Below are positions 1 through 8,159 of a DNA stretch of 47,217 bases, one piece after another. Under the pieces are notes generated by a model. That model was not told where the DNA came from. It saw only the letters and a program-made list of their open reading frames with translations, and did not search any database. Origin of the DNA: a virus (Duplodnaviria > Caudoviricetes); IMG/VR virus record IMGVR_UViG_3300033067_002201, positions 1-47,217 of that record, one strand, 5' to 3'. Position 1 is the first letter of the stretch, and every line of letters starts with the position of its first letter. A program made the translations under genes and the position numbers.

Positions 1-848
1 GTTCATATCCGACAGTCGAGCATGCAGTAGTCTGCGGCACAGGCCCGAGCCTTGGCAAGGACTATCAGAAGCTCAGGGAAAAGCAGGAGTGGGACAGGAA
101 GGACAAGGAGAAGCACACGCTGATCATTGCCAATCATTCGAATCTCGCGACCCTGCTGTTCGAACACATCCAGCCTGATCTGGTGATCGTCACTGATTCA
201 GGCGAGCCGACCTACAACCGCATGAAGCGGGACGTATTGCCCCACTTCAAGCAGGATCTGCGGAAGGCCGGCACCTGCTTCATCCTTCCGACCCACGCAA
301 GGCCTGACCTGTTCAGGCTGTTGCTCGACAACAAGATGCCAGTCTACACGTTCCTGTCCATGCTGAGGACGCCGGAAGGTGACGACTTCGCCAAGCTGTA
401 CAATGATGCGTTGTTTGCAATCATGGACGGCAACAAGGAAGTGCTCCACACATGTATCCTGCAGGCTGGATCGGTAAGCAATGCCGCTGTCCTGCTCTGC
501 AATGCGCTGAAGCTTCTGAAGAAGGCACCATCGCTTGAGCATGTGTCACTCTCGGGTGTTGATTACAGTTATCCGAACGGCATCACCCGGTGCAAGCAGG
601 TAGTATGGAATGCGGAAGTCCGCGACTGGGATGTGGATGAGTATCCCACGTTCTTGGGCGAGGAGATCAGGCGCATCAAGTACAATCGCATGGAGACAAG
701 CGAAGAACAGATGGCGTACTACCGTGACTTGAGGTTCATCTACTGGAACCTCGTCGAGCAGGTGAAGGATGTCGACCGCATCTTTGAAATGAGCACGACG
801 ACAGACAATTTCATTGCCGACTTCCTGCCTGTCTACCCGCTATGCTAG
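1..848 (+). CDS. Maf_flag10/DUF115 (MptE-like, motility-associated-factor glycosyltransferase-like) protein, 3' part
   Basis: Frame is open from base 3; motifs AVVCGTGPSL, PDLVIVTD, AGSVSNAA and LSGVDYSY match the DUF115/Maf pattern. Confidence 0.7.
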   Translation, partial: SYPTVEHAVVCGTGPSLGKDYQKLREKQEWDRKDKEKHTLIIANHSNLATLLFEHIQPDLVIVTDSGEPTYNRMKRDVLPHFKQDLRKAGTCFILPTHARPDLFRLLLDNKMPVYTFLSMLRTPEGDDFAKLYNDALFAIMDGNKEVLHTCILQAGSVSNAAVLLCNALKLLKKAPSLEHVSLSGVDYSYPNGITRCKQVVWNAEVRDWDVDEYPTFLGEEIRRIKYNRMETSEEQMAYYRDLRFIYWNLVEQVKDVDRIFEMSTTTDNFIADFLPVYPLC

Positions 849-1171
849 ACGACTACTACCAGCGGAAGAACGACCAAGGCAAGCTCGCTTGGGACTTGCT
901 TCCACTCGATGCACTCGAAGGCATCGTAAGGGTGCTTGAGTTCGGCGCAAGGAAGTATTCAGCGGACAGCTGGAAGCAAGTCGAGAACGCCGGCAGGCGG
1001 TACAAGGCGGCGATGCGGAGACATCAGGTAGCCATCGACGCAGGGGAGATGATCGATCCTGAGACAGGCTTGCCCCACATCTATCATGTGGCATGCAATG
1101 CAATGTTCCTGTGCTGGTTCGAGGGAAAGGAGACAAAGGATGGGCAAGATAAGTCCGCAGACAAGACGTGA
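842..1171 (+). CDS. dATP/dGTP diphosphohydrolase (DUF5664 family)
   Basis: KNDQGK-WDLLP-ALEGIVRVLEFGARKY-W...DPETGLPH-H-ACNAMFL signature. Confidence 0.9.
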   Translation: MLDDYYQRKNDQGKLAWDLLPLDALEGIVRVLEFGARKYSADSWKQVENAGRRYKAAMRRHQVAIDAGEMIDPETGLPHIYHVACNAMFLCWFEGKETKDGQDKSADKT

Positions 1172-2093
1172 GAGTTCTCTGGGTTTCCATTACTTCAACC
1201 TGTACCAGTGCTGTCCGAGGAAGTTCTTCATCAAGTACTTCTGCCGGATCGTACCCAAGCATGTGCATCCTGCTCTTGTTCAGGGTTCAGCCTTCCATGA
1301 GGGGAAAGCAGCGTTCTATCTGAGCAGGAGCAAGAGCGAGAAGGTAAGGGAAAAGGAAGCCGTCCAGACTGCGCTTGCCATCCTCGATGAATCGAAGGAT
1401 CAGCTCGCAAGCGAGGATATCTATAGGGACTTGTCTTTCAGGTTGCCCAACTTCCTGCACTTCTGGATCGCCGAGACTGGCGTGTACGATCTCCGGAATT
1501 ACAAGGTGCTGTTCGTCGAGAAGCAACTGCACGTACCCATCAAGGGTACGCCATATAAGATGACGATCAGGCCGGATACGATCCTTCAGGACAAGCAACA
1601 CGGTCAGATCTACATCATGGAGACGAAGACGAGCGGCTTCAGCATCAGAGTGACGCAACAGGCGGTCGAGCTTGGGGATCAGGCAACCAGCTACATCTTC
1701 GGCGCGCGGAAGGTGCTGGGTCTGGACATCTACGGTTGTGTGCCGGACATCAGTTACTGGAACAAGAACACGTCTGATGTGAAGAACATCAAGAACGAGA
1801 GGGGAGCGATAATAACTCGCGACCAGTATGCCTGTGACAGTTTCGAGAAGGGCGTGGCACAGGTGCTGACCGAGATCAACCAGAAGGCACAAGCGTACAG
1901 AAAGGGGTACGATCCATGGGTCTTGTTCCCAAGGAACTCGCACTACTGTACGAGCTTCGCAAGTCCCTGCGATTATGCGGGGATATGCTACAGTCCCTGC
2001 GAGAAACTGAAGAGCTTGCCGAGCGAGTTCAGGCGGGATACTGCTGTCAGAAAGATAACGAAACTGACAGAGGATCCAATAGCCGTGCTGTGA
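1140..2093 (+). CDS. PD-(D/E)XK exonuclease (PDDEXK_1, Cas4/RecB-like, probable Fe-S cysteines)
   Basis: CPRKF..., GSAFH, RPD...IMETKT, Q-TSY, C-terminal HYC...PCDYAGIC; ATG at 1140 after GGAG. Confidence 0.85.
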   Translation: MGKISPQTRRESSLGFHYFNLYQCCPRKFFIKYFCRIVPKHVHPALVQGSAFHEGKAAFYLSRSKSEKVREKEAVQTALAILDESKDQLASEDIYRDLSFRLPNFLHFWIAETGVYDLRNYKVLFVEKQLHVPIKGTPYKMTIRPDTILQDKQHGQIYIMETKTSGFSIRVTQQAVELGDQATSYIFGARKVLGLDIYGCVPDISYWNKNTSDVKNIKNERGAIITRDQYACDSFEKGVAQVLTEINQKAQAYRKGYDPWVLFPRNSHYCTSFASPCDYAGICYSPCEKLKSLPSEFRRDTAVRKITKLTEDPIAVL

Positions 2094-2105
2094 AAGGGGC
2101 TTGGT

Positions 2106-2306
2106 ATGAAGCGGAGAACATACGCTGACTGGTTTCCGGTCTGTCCGTCGTGCAATCCGGATGAGGACATCACGACGGCTGACCATATCGAAAAGGAAGC
2201 GTACACAATCAAGTTCGATCCTTACAGGCATCGGTACGAGGTGCGGTGCAAGCTCTGCGCTAGGTTGATCCGCTCGTATGTGACGAGGGAGGAAGGTGGA
2301 TTGTGA
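2106..2306 (+). CDS. small Zn-ribbon protein
   Basis: CPSC...CKLC; operon-coupled. Confidence 0.6.
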   Translation: MKRRTYADWFPVCPSCNPDEDITTADHIEKEAYTIKFDPYRHRYEVRCKLCARLIRSYVTREEGGL

Positions 2307-2545
2307 GTGTAGGAGCATGCTACGAGATGGATCGGCCGTCATTCCTGCAGTGGTTGTTCAGGGTGAGGCCGAGCATCGAAGTGATCATCCATGAAGAGGA
2401 AGGAGATGATGTCAAATTAGACGTGAAGCAAAGCGGCTGTTCGCTTGTGCCATCCTTGGTCTGGCCGCGCTCCAGATGGCAACAGGACAGTATGCGTACC
2501 AGCCTGCGTCGAGACTTGAATATCAAGCCGGCGAAGCTTGGGTGA
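2303..2545 (+). CDS. hypothetical protein
   Basis: GTGA overlaps at both ends; RBS. Confidence 0.55.
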   Translation: MSVGACYEMDRPSFLQWLFRVRPSIEVIIHEEEGDDVKLDVKQSGCSLVPSLVWPRSRWQQDSMRTSLRRDLNIKPAKLG

Positions 2546-2805
2546 CGCTGACCCAAAGGGAGAAGACCTGCTATGTGAGCGGGGTTCTGGTCGGTTGCAT
2601 GTATCTGGCATGGACGTACGACCAGAACGAGAAGCCGGATGTCAGGCTCGATGACTATTACGAGCACCTGTATGCGACCCCGAACACGGACATCGTGAAG
2701 GCGCTTGATCTGCTCTACGGACTTGAGAAGTACTGGAAGATGCCTATCATTGTGCTGGTGTTCGAGCATCGCAGGATATTGAAGGAGCTTGGCTATGGCA
2801 ACTGA
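2542..2805 (+). CDS. hypothetical protein
   Basis: GTG start overlapping the upstream stop; fills the operon gap. Confidence 0.5.
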   Translation: MTLTQREKTCYVSGVLVGCMYLAWTYDQNEKPDVRLDDYYEHLYATPNTDIVKALDLLYGLEKYWKMPIIVLVFEHRRILKELGYGN

Positions 2806-3514
2806 GACAACCAAGGCAGTAGCAGTGAAGCAGAAGGCACAGGTTGCGAAGGGCAAGAGCACGGCGCTTACAACGGCGCTCGACCCGGCAATGCAAAGCC
2901 TGTATAATGTGTGCCTTGCACTGAGCAAGAGTTCGGCGGTTCCGATGCAGTACATCGGGAAGCCCGACTGGATCTTCTCGACGGTAGTGCTTGGCAAGGA
3001 GTTCGGACTGGCTCCGATGACCAGCCTCATGAACATATCGACCATCAATGGCAAGCCGAGCATGTCGGTGCACCTGTTGCTTGGACTTTGCATGAGGCAT
3101 CCGGAGTTTGCCGGCTGGCGTGTGGTCAAGTCGAATGATGACGAGTGCACAGTCGAGATGCAAAGGATGTTCAAACACCAGAAGGAGCCGACCAAGTTCG
3201 AGGGCAAGTTCAGCTTCGCCGAAGCCCAGCGTGCCATGCTGGTGAAGAACGGTGGGGCGTGGATGACGTGGCGCAGGAATATGTGCAAGGCGAGGGCGAT
3301 AGCCTTCGTATGCAGGGAATGTTTCGCCGACGTTCTGACCGGCACGTATACACTCGAGGAGATGGACTCGGAGAAGTACGTGGACAGTTACATGGCGGCA
3401 GACCTGAAGGCTGTCGACGAGATGGAAGAGTCGGAGCTGACAGGGAGGTCGGTTCCAGCGGCAACCGAACGCGAGCCTGTACAGGTTCCCAAGAAGAAGA
3501 TTGCCCGCTCCTGA
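2795..3514 (+). CDS. RecT-like ssDNA annealing protein
   Basis: LSKSSAVP-QY-GKP...GKEFGLAPM-SL-NI--INGKPSM...W...RNMCKARAIAF-CR--FAD-L-G-YT-EE pattern; lies downstream of the exonuclease. Confidence 0.75.
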   Translation: MATETTKAVAVKQKAQVAKGKSTALTTALDPAMQSLYNVCLALSKSSAVPMQYIGKPDWIFSTVVLGKEFGLAPMTSLMNISTINGKPSMSVHLLLGLCMRHPEFAGWRVVKSNDDECTVEMQRMFKHQKEPTKFEGKFSFAEAQRAMLVKNGGAWMTWRRNMCKARAIAFVCRECFADVLTGTYTLEEMDSEKYVDSYMAADLKAVDEMEESELTGRSVPAATEREPVQVPKKKIARS

Positions 3515-3589
3515 GTGGGCAGATGATTGAGGTTTCCAAGGATGCCCGTATGGGTGTCCTATGTTTCTGTTTTTGCGAAGGAGCCTACC

Positions 3590-4042
3590 ATGGCTAAAGT
3601 AACCGTACCCGGACTCAAGAACTCCACTGGCATGAAACCGTTCGAGCCGCTCGATACCGGTCGCTACACCCTCAAGTGCATGGCATGCAAGATAGAGCCG
3701 GCAAAGTCCGGTGCTCCGACCGACGTGTGGAAGTTCGAGTTTCAGGTAGTCAAAGGGCCTGAGCAGTCGAGCGACAACCGGTCACCGAAAGGCAAGAAGT
3801 TCTTCTCGAACTGCAACATCATGCGGCCGGAACATCCAGACTTCGAGAAGTACACCTTCGGCGTCGATGAGCTGAAGAGCATGTGCCTCGCCTTCGGTGT
3901 TGCTCCCAAGGGCGACTCGCTTGACAATGACGCTTTCCTCGGCCTCGAAGGAGAAGCGGACATCATCAAGAAGCTGGAGAAGAACGAGTCCACAGGCGAG
4001 GAAGTCCAGCGCAATCGCGTCAACAAGTGGATTCAGGGCTGA
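3590..4042 (+). CDS. DUF669-family protein (putative phage ssDNA-binding protein)
   Basis: FEPL-TGRY-LK...F-FQVV-GP...GKKFF...RNRVNKW; RBS AAGGAG. Confidence 0.7.
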   Translation: MAKVTVPGLKNSTGMKPFEPLDTGRYTLKCMACKIEPAKSGAPTDVWKFEFQVVKGPEQSSDNRSPKGKKFFSNCNIMRPEHPDFEKYTFGVDELKSMCLAFGVAPKGDSLDNDAFLGLEGEADIIKKLEKNESTGEEVQRNRVNKWIQG

Positions 4043-4044
4043 GC

Positions 4045-4596
4045 ATGGACAGCCCCGGTGAGTTCTTCGCACCGATAGGTGCCGGGCCTTTCCGGGGCAT
4101 TCCCGCCATACATCTGGTCGATGTGGACGGGAAAGCCTTGGAAGAGAACATACCCAAACTGGTCGATGACGCGGTCGCTACGTTCGGTCTTGGCTACGTG
4201 GGCAAGCCGTTCCTCTACATTGCACGGTCACTGGATCCCAAGATCATCGAGGGAATGCGGATGATCGGAATGTACACGATCGCGGACGTTGGCCCGCACG
4301 ACAACAAGGAGTGGATCGGCCAGTGCAATCACATCATGGTTGGCTGGAACCTGCCGACAACAGGCGAGCGGATGGACTCGTTCGTCTATGCACCTGATCC
4401 TGACCTGTTCATCAAGGAACCGAAGTTCCAGCCGAGGATGCGGACGGTTCCCAAGTTCCTGTTGGTGCCACGCCTGACAAAAGAAGTGATGGCGTTTTTG
4501 GCAAATACAGAGTATCCTTGGTCATTGCAGTTGAATGGCAGTTTGCCGTTCAAGATTCCGTTATCCCGTATGTATGAGGAGGAGGAGGACAAATGA
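4045..4596 (+). CDS. hypothetical protein, possibly degenerate QueE-like radical SAM fold lacking the Fe-S motif
   Basis: N-terminal EFFAPIGAGPFRGIPAIHL and C-terminal FLLVP...WSLQL resemble QueE termini; no CxxxCxxC. Confidence 0.45.
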   Translation: MDSPGEFFAPIGAGPFRGIPAIHLVDVDGKALEENIPKLVDDAVATFGLGYVGKPFLYIARSLDPKIIEGMRMIGMYTIADVGPHDNKEWIGQCNHIMVGWNLPTTGERMDSFVYAPDPDLFIKEPKFQPRMRTVPKFLLVPRLTKEVMAFLANTEYPWSLQLNGSLPFKIPLSRMYEEEEDK

Positions 4597-4802
4597 CATT
4601 CGCACAGGCAGATGTGGAGATGGACAAAGGCAAGAACGTTCGCTTGCCGACGTGGCCGGACGGCCAGTATGCGTACAAGACGCCGGTCGTCGTACAGGGC
4701 GGACAGATCCAGTACAGGATGTGTTCAGCGAACGAACCGCAAGGCACGTGGGAACCCACGGATGCCGACAAGGAAGCATCAGGATGGGTAGTAGTGACCT
4801 GA
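4593..4802 (+). CDS. DUF2829/Tad2-like protein (putative immune-signal sponge)
   Basis: MTF-QA---M-KGK-VR---W...W-PT--D--A-GW pattern typical of the DUF2829/Tad2 family. Confidence 0.7.
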   Translation: MTFAQADVEMDKGKNVRLPTWPDGQYAYKTPVVVQGGQIQYRMCSANEPQGTWEPTDADKEASGWVVVT

Positions 4803-4828
4803 CCTGACAAGTGAAGACTCTGATTGTG

Positions 4829-4866
4829 GCCGGGAGGGCGTTGATGCCTTCCCGGTATTGTTTACT
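4829..4866 (+). terminator. putative intrinsic terminator / hairpin
   Basis: 12-bp stem GCCGGGAGGGCG/TGCCTTCCCGGT, loop TTGA, followed by ATTGTTT. Confidence 0.5.
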
Positions 4867-4881
4867 TGAAAGGGGCTGGAC

Positions 4882-5112
4882 ATGAAGAAGTTGCTGGGTT
4901 TCATGGCGTTGGTTCTTGGTGGTTTGTGCGCATGGTTTGTAGTCAGGTGGAAGACAGAGGAGATCAGGAAAAGGGCGCTCGAAGCAATGGCAAAGTTGCC
5001 ATTGACCGAGAACTTCGAGAAGGCTATGGATGCGGAGACAGCACGGATAACACAGCTTGAGGCGCAGGCTGTCGTCGACGGATTCCGGAAAGCGTTCGGG
5101 GTGCAACTATGA
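4882..5112 (+). CDS. small membrane-anchored protein (N-terminal TM)
   Basis: MKKLLGFMALVLGGLCAWFVV then a charged helical region. Confidence 0.65.
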   Translation: MKKLLGFMALVLGGLCAWFVVRWKTEEIRKRALEAMAKLPLTENFEKAMDAETARITQLEAQAVVDGFRKAFGVQL

Positions 5113-5480
5113 AATGGTTGCTATTGGCCTTGCTGTTTGTATTCGCATTGATGTCGGCGACTTCCCAAACCTTGTGGCCGGAAGCGTTGCCTGAGCCAGT
5201 GGTCAAGCTGGTTGACAGGCTTGTGTTGCCTGATCCGCTACCTGCTGACCAGCAGGAAAGTCCATATACACCCACTATATATGAAATGAAGAATGCTTTG
5301 CTCTATCAGTCAGGGTACAGGCTGTTGTATGGATATGTGAATGAAAGCCTGATCCCTTACGTCAACCAGTTGGGTGAGCAGTACAACCGCTTGGTGTTCA
5401 GGAACAAGTTGTTGCTCGTCGGTGGATTGTTTCTGGCAGGAACGACAGCAACGAGCCTGCTTTTGCTGGCGGGCAGATGA
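5109..5480 (+). CDS. exported protein with signal peptide and C-terminal TM
   Basis: MKWLLLALLFVFALMSATSQ signal; C-terminal LLLVGGLFLAGTTATSLLLLA; ATGA overlaps on both sides. Confidence 0.65.
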   Translation: MKWLLLALLFVFALMSATSQTLWPEALPEPVVKLVDRLVLPDPLPADQQESPYTPTIYEMKNALLYQSGYRLLYGYVNESLIPYVNQLGEQYNRLVFRNKLLLVGGLFLAGTTATSLLLLAGR

Positions 5481-8155
5481 GCAAGCTGGTTCGGTTCGAG
5501 CGCACGAAGAGCAACTGCAAGGACTGCCCCCTGAACGGCAGGAACAAAGTACAGTCAGCGTGCGGAATCGAGAATCCTTCTCTGGTGCTGATAGGCGAGG
5601 CACCGGGTGAGGACGAGAGCAATGGCGAGGAACAGTTCCAGTGGGAGGACAGGCGTGCGTTCTTGGATCGACCCAAAGGCCCCTTCATCGGGCCGTCTGG
5701 TGGAATCCTCAAGAGTGCGCTTGGTCAGGCCGGCATCATGTGGCATACAGTATGGCGAATGAACGTGATCAACTGCCGTCCGGCAGGAAACGATATCAAG
5801 AGTTCGGAGGCGAAGGATGCGATCGAATGCTGTAAGGCAGGGTTCGAAGAAGAACTCGCTCATCTCAAGGGAAGGCAAGCAACCGTTCTTGTTCCCGTTG
5901 GAAACACAGCCATGTCAGCCCTTGGCTTGGATGGCACTGTCACGAAATCAAGAGGTAGCGTATATAGTGTCCCTCGGTTCGGAGGAGTTGCACTGCCTAC
6001 CTACCACCCTAGTTTCATTCTTCGTGGAGCAATCAGGGAAGAAGCTGTGTGGGTCGCCGACCTCAGAAAAGCAAGAGAGCTGAGCTTAAAGAAGTGGACA
6101 CCGCCGAAGGAGAACTTCAACATAAGGCCCAGTCTTAAGGATGTGAAGGCATTCATCAAGAAGGCGATCGATGGCAAGCTGTTGGTCGCCTGCGATATTG
6201 AAACGGATGGTGGGTTTTCTGCTGACTACAACTCGATCACGATGATCGGCCTCGCGTTGAACGGAGAGGATGCACTGGTCGTGCCCTTTCAGCAGGGTGG
6301 CGCGAATGCAAGGAAAAAATACTGGTCGATGGAAGAGGAAGTCGCGGTCAGGAAGGAACTCCAGAAGCTGTTCAATGCCTGCCCGTTCATCTTCCAGAAC
6401 GCGTTGTTCGATGTATACCATATGGCGATGAAAGGCCTGACCGTCAAGGATGTCAGGCACGATACGATGCTGTTGCACCACGCGATCCACCCGGAACTGC
6501 CTCACGACCTTGGTTACATCGTCAGCATCTACGGCAACACACCCTACTGGAAGGACGTAACCAAAGGCTCGAAGGCGCGGATGATCGAGCAGGATGAAAC
6601 GATGATCAGGATCTACAACGCGAGGGATACAGTCGTGTTGCACCAGATCATCGAGCCTATGCTTGAGGATCTCAAGGATGTGGGAACGGAAAGGACGTAC
6701 TTCGACTGGTCGATGAAGCTGGTCTGGCCGCTTGTCAGGATGAAGATGAATGGCATCAAGTGCGATGTGAAGCAGATAGCGAAACTGCAACGCAAGCTGA
6801 AGAAGGAGTACGATGAGTATGAGCATCAACTACGAACAGATCTGGATCTACCTGCCTCCTTTAATTTTGACAGTAATTTTCATCTCCTGTATCTTCTATA
6901 CGGGAAAAAACCTGTTACGCTGGATCGCAAGATCGCTGAGAAACTCGAGATCGAAAGCTCTGAAAAGCGTAGCAAGACGACCAAGAAGTATCTGGAACTC
7001 TGCACGTCCATAGAACCGTACCTGAAGGTGAAGCCGCTTTACCGCACCAAGTCCAACGCAAGCAACTGCGACAGCGAGGCGATGCTATCGATCCAACAGC
7101 AGGCGCTTGGCAGGCTGGAAGCGATCGAGTACCTGAAGCGTGCGACAGCAGAGCATGCGTTTGAGAAGGCACAGATCCAGAAGCTGTTGAAGTTCATTGA
7201 AGTGTTCAGCAAGTTCTCGGAAGTAAGCAAGATGCTGGGCACGTATACGAAGTACCCGATAGCGAAGGATGGCCGCGTTCATGGCGACTTCAAGATCCAT
7301 GGCACTGCTACCGGCAGGTTGTCGGCGAGCAATCCGAACTTGCAGAACCAGCCGAAGTCAGTACGGACGGTGTTCGTGAGCGAACCCGGCAAGGTGCTGG
7401 TCGAGGCGGACTATTCGAATCTGGAACTGAGGGTGCTTGCGTATATGACCGAGGAGCCGTACCTGATCAAGGCTTTCGCCGACTATGATGCAGGCAAGGG
7501 GCCGTCCATACATGTGATGAACTGCAAGGCATTCTGGGGAATCGAGAAGGATGATCCAACATGGGAGAAGAAGTACAGGGTGACAAAGTCTGTGATTTTT
7601 GGATCGAACTACGGAGGTGGCCTGCAGGGTCTTTACCGTCGTGCGATGGCAGATGTCCCCGGGATGGATCTGAGCTTTGCCCGTTTTTCGGAGATAGTGA
7701 ACGGGTACTTTGCAAAGATGTCAAAGTATTCGGGGTGGCAAAGATCCATACGTGACACAGTCACAGGCAGGAGCAGGAAGGAGGAGAGCTGGGGTGGTTT
7801 GCGCTGGATAGCCAATGCGTTTGGCAGGAAGCGGTTCTTCCTTGGTGCGATCGAGGAGATCGAGAGGGAAGCGCTCAATACTCCCATTCAGGGTACTGCC
7901 GCCGACATAGCAGGTGCGGCCCTGATCAAGCTCGACAGTGAACTGCTGAAAGATCCCAAGCTGGAAGCGAAGCTGGTCTGCATGGTACATGATTCGATAC
8001 TGGTCGAGTGCCCGGCAGGCAAGCAGGATGAAGTGTCGAAGGTCATGCGGAAGTGCATGGAGCAGGAGTTCACGATCAACAAGGTGAAAAGGAGTTTTCC
8101 TGTCGATGTGAAAGTAGGTGTCAACTGGTACGAGATGATTGAAAAGGACGAGTGA
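5477..8155 (+). CDS. family A DNA polymerase with N-terminal uracil-DNA glycosylase (family 4-like) and 3'-5' exonuclease domains
   Basis: UDG: CKDCPL, LIGEAPG, NVINCRP, TYHPS; exonuclease: DIET, QNALFD, YNARD; polymerase: TGRLS, ADYSNLELRV, K-VIFG-NYG, NTPIQGTAAD, VHDS. Confidence 0.95.
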   Translation: MSKLVRFERTKSNCKDCPLNGRNKVQSACGIENPSLVLIGEAPGEDESNGEEQFQWEDRRAFLDRPKGPFIGPSGGILKSALGQAGIMWHTVWRMNVINCRPAGNDIKSSEAKDAIECCKAGFEEELAHLKGRQATVLVPVGNTAMSALGLDGTVTKSRGSVYSVPRFGGVALPTYHPSFILRGAIREEAVWVADLRKARELSLKKWTPPKENFNIRPSLKDVKAFIKKAIDGKLLVACDIETDGGFSADYNSITMIGLALNGEDALVVPFQQGGANARKKYWSMEEEVAVRKELQKLFNACPFIFQNALFDVYHMAMKGLTVKDVRHDTMLLHHAIHPELPHDLGYIVSIYGNTPYWKDVTKGSKARMIEQDETMIRIYNARDTVVLHQIIEPMLEDLKDVGTERTYFDWSMKLVWPLVRMKMNGIKCDVKQIAKLQRKLKKEYDEYEHQLRTDLDLPASFNFDSNFHLLYLLYGKKPVTLDRKIAEKLEIESSEKRSKTTKKYLELCTSIEPYLKVKPLYRTKSNASNCDSEAMLSIQQQALGRLEAIEYLKRATAEHAFEKAQIQKLLKFIEVFSKFSEVSKMLGTYTKYPIAKDGRVHGDFKIHGTATGRLSASNPNLQNQPKSVRTVFVSEPGKVLVEADYSNLELRVLAYMTEEPYLIKAFADYDAGKGPSIHVMNCKAFWGIEKDDPTWEKKYRVTKSVIFGSNYGGGLQGLYRRAMADVPGMDLSFARFSEIVNGYFAKMSKYSGWQRSIRDTVTGRSRKEESWGGLRWIANAFGRKRFFLGAIEEIEREALNTPIQGTAADIAGAALIKLDSELLKDPKLEAKLVCMVHDSILVECPAGKQDEVSKVMRKCMEQEFTINKVKRSFPVDVKVGVNWYEMIEKDE

Positions 8156-8159
8156 TGCC

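Noticed and set aside
842-1171. Z-genome (2-aminoadenine) or complete 7-deazaguanine pathway
   Set aside because: No PurZ, DatZ, DpdA, FolE, QueC or QueD recognised; DUF5664 alone is widespread
1140-2093. Cas4 / CRISPR system
   Set aside because: No repeat-spacer array or other cas genes; context is a phage exonuclease-annealase recombination module
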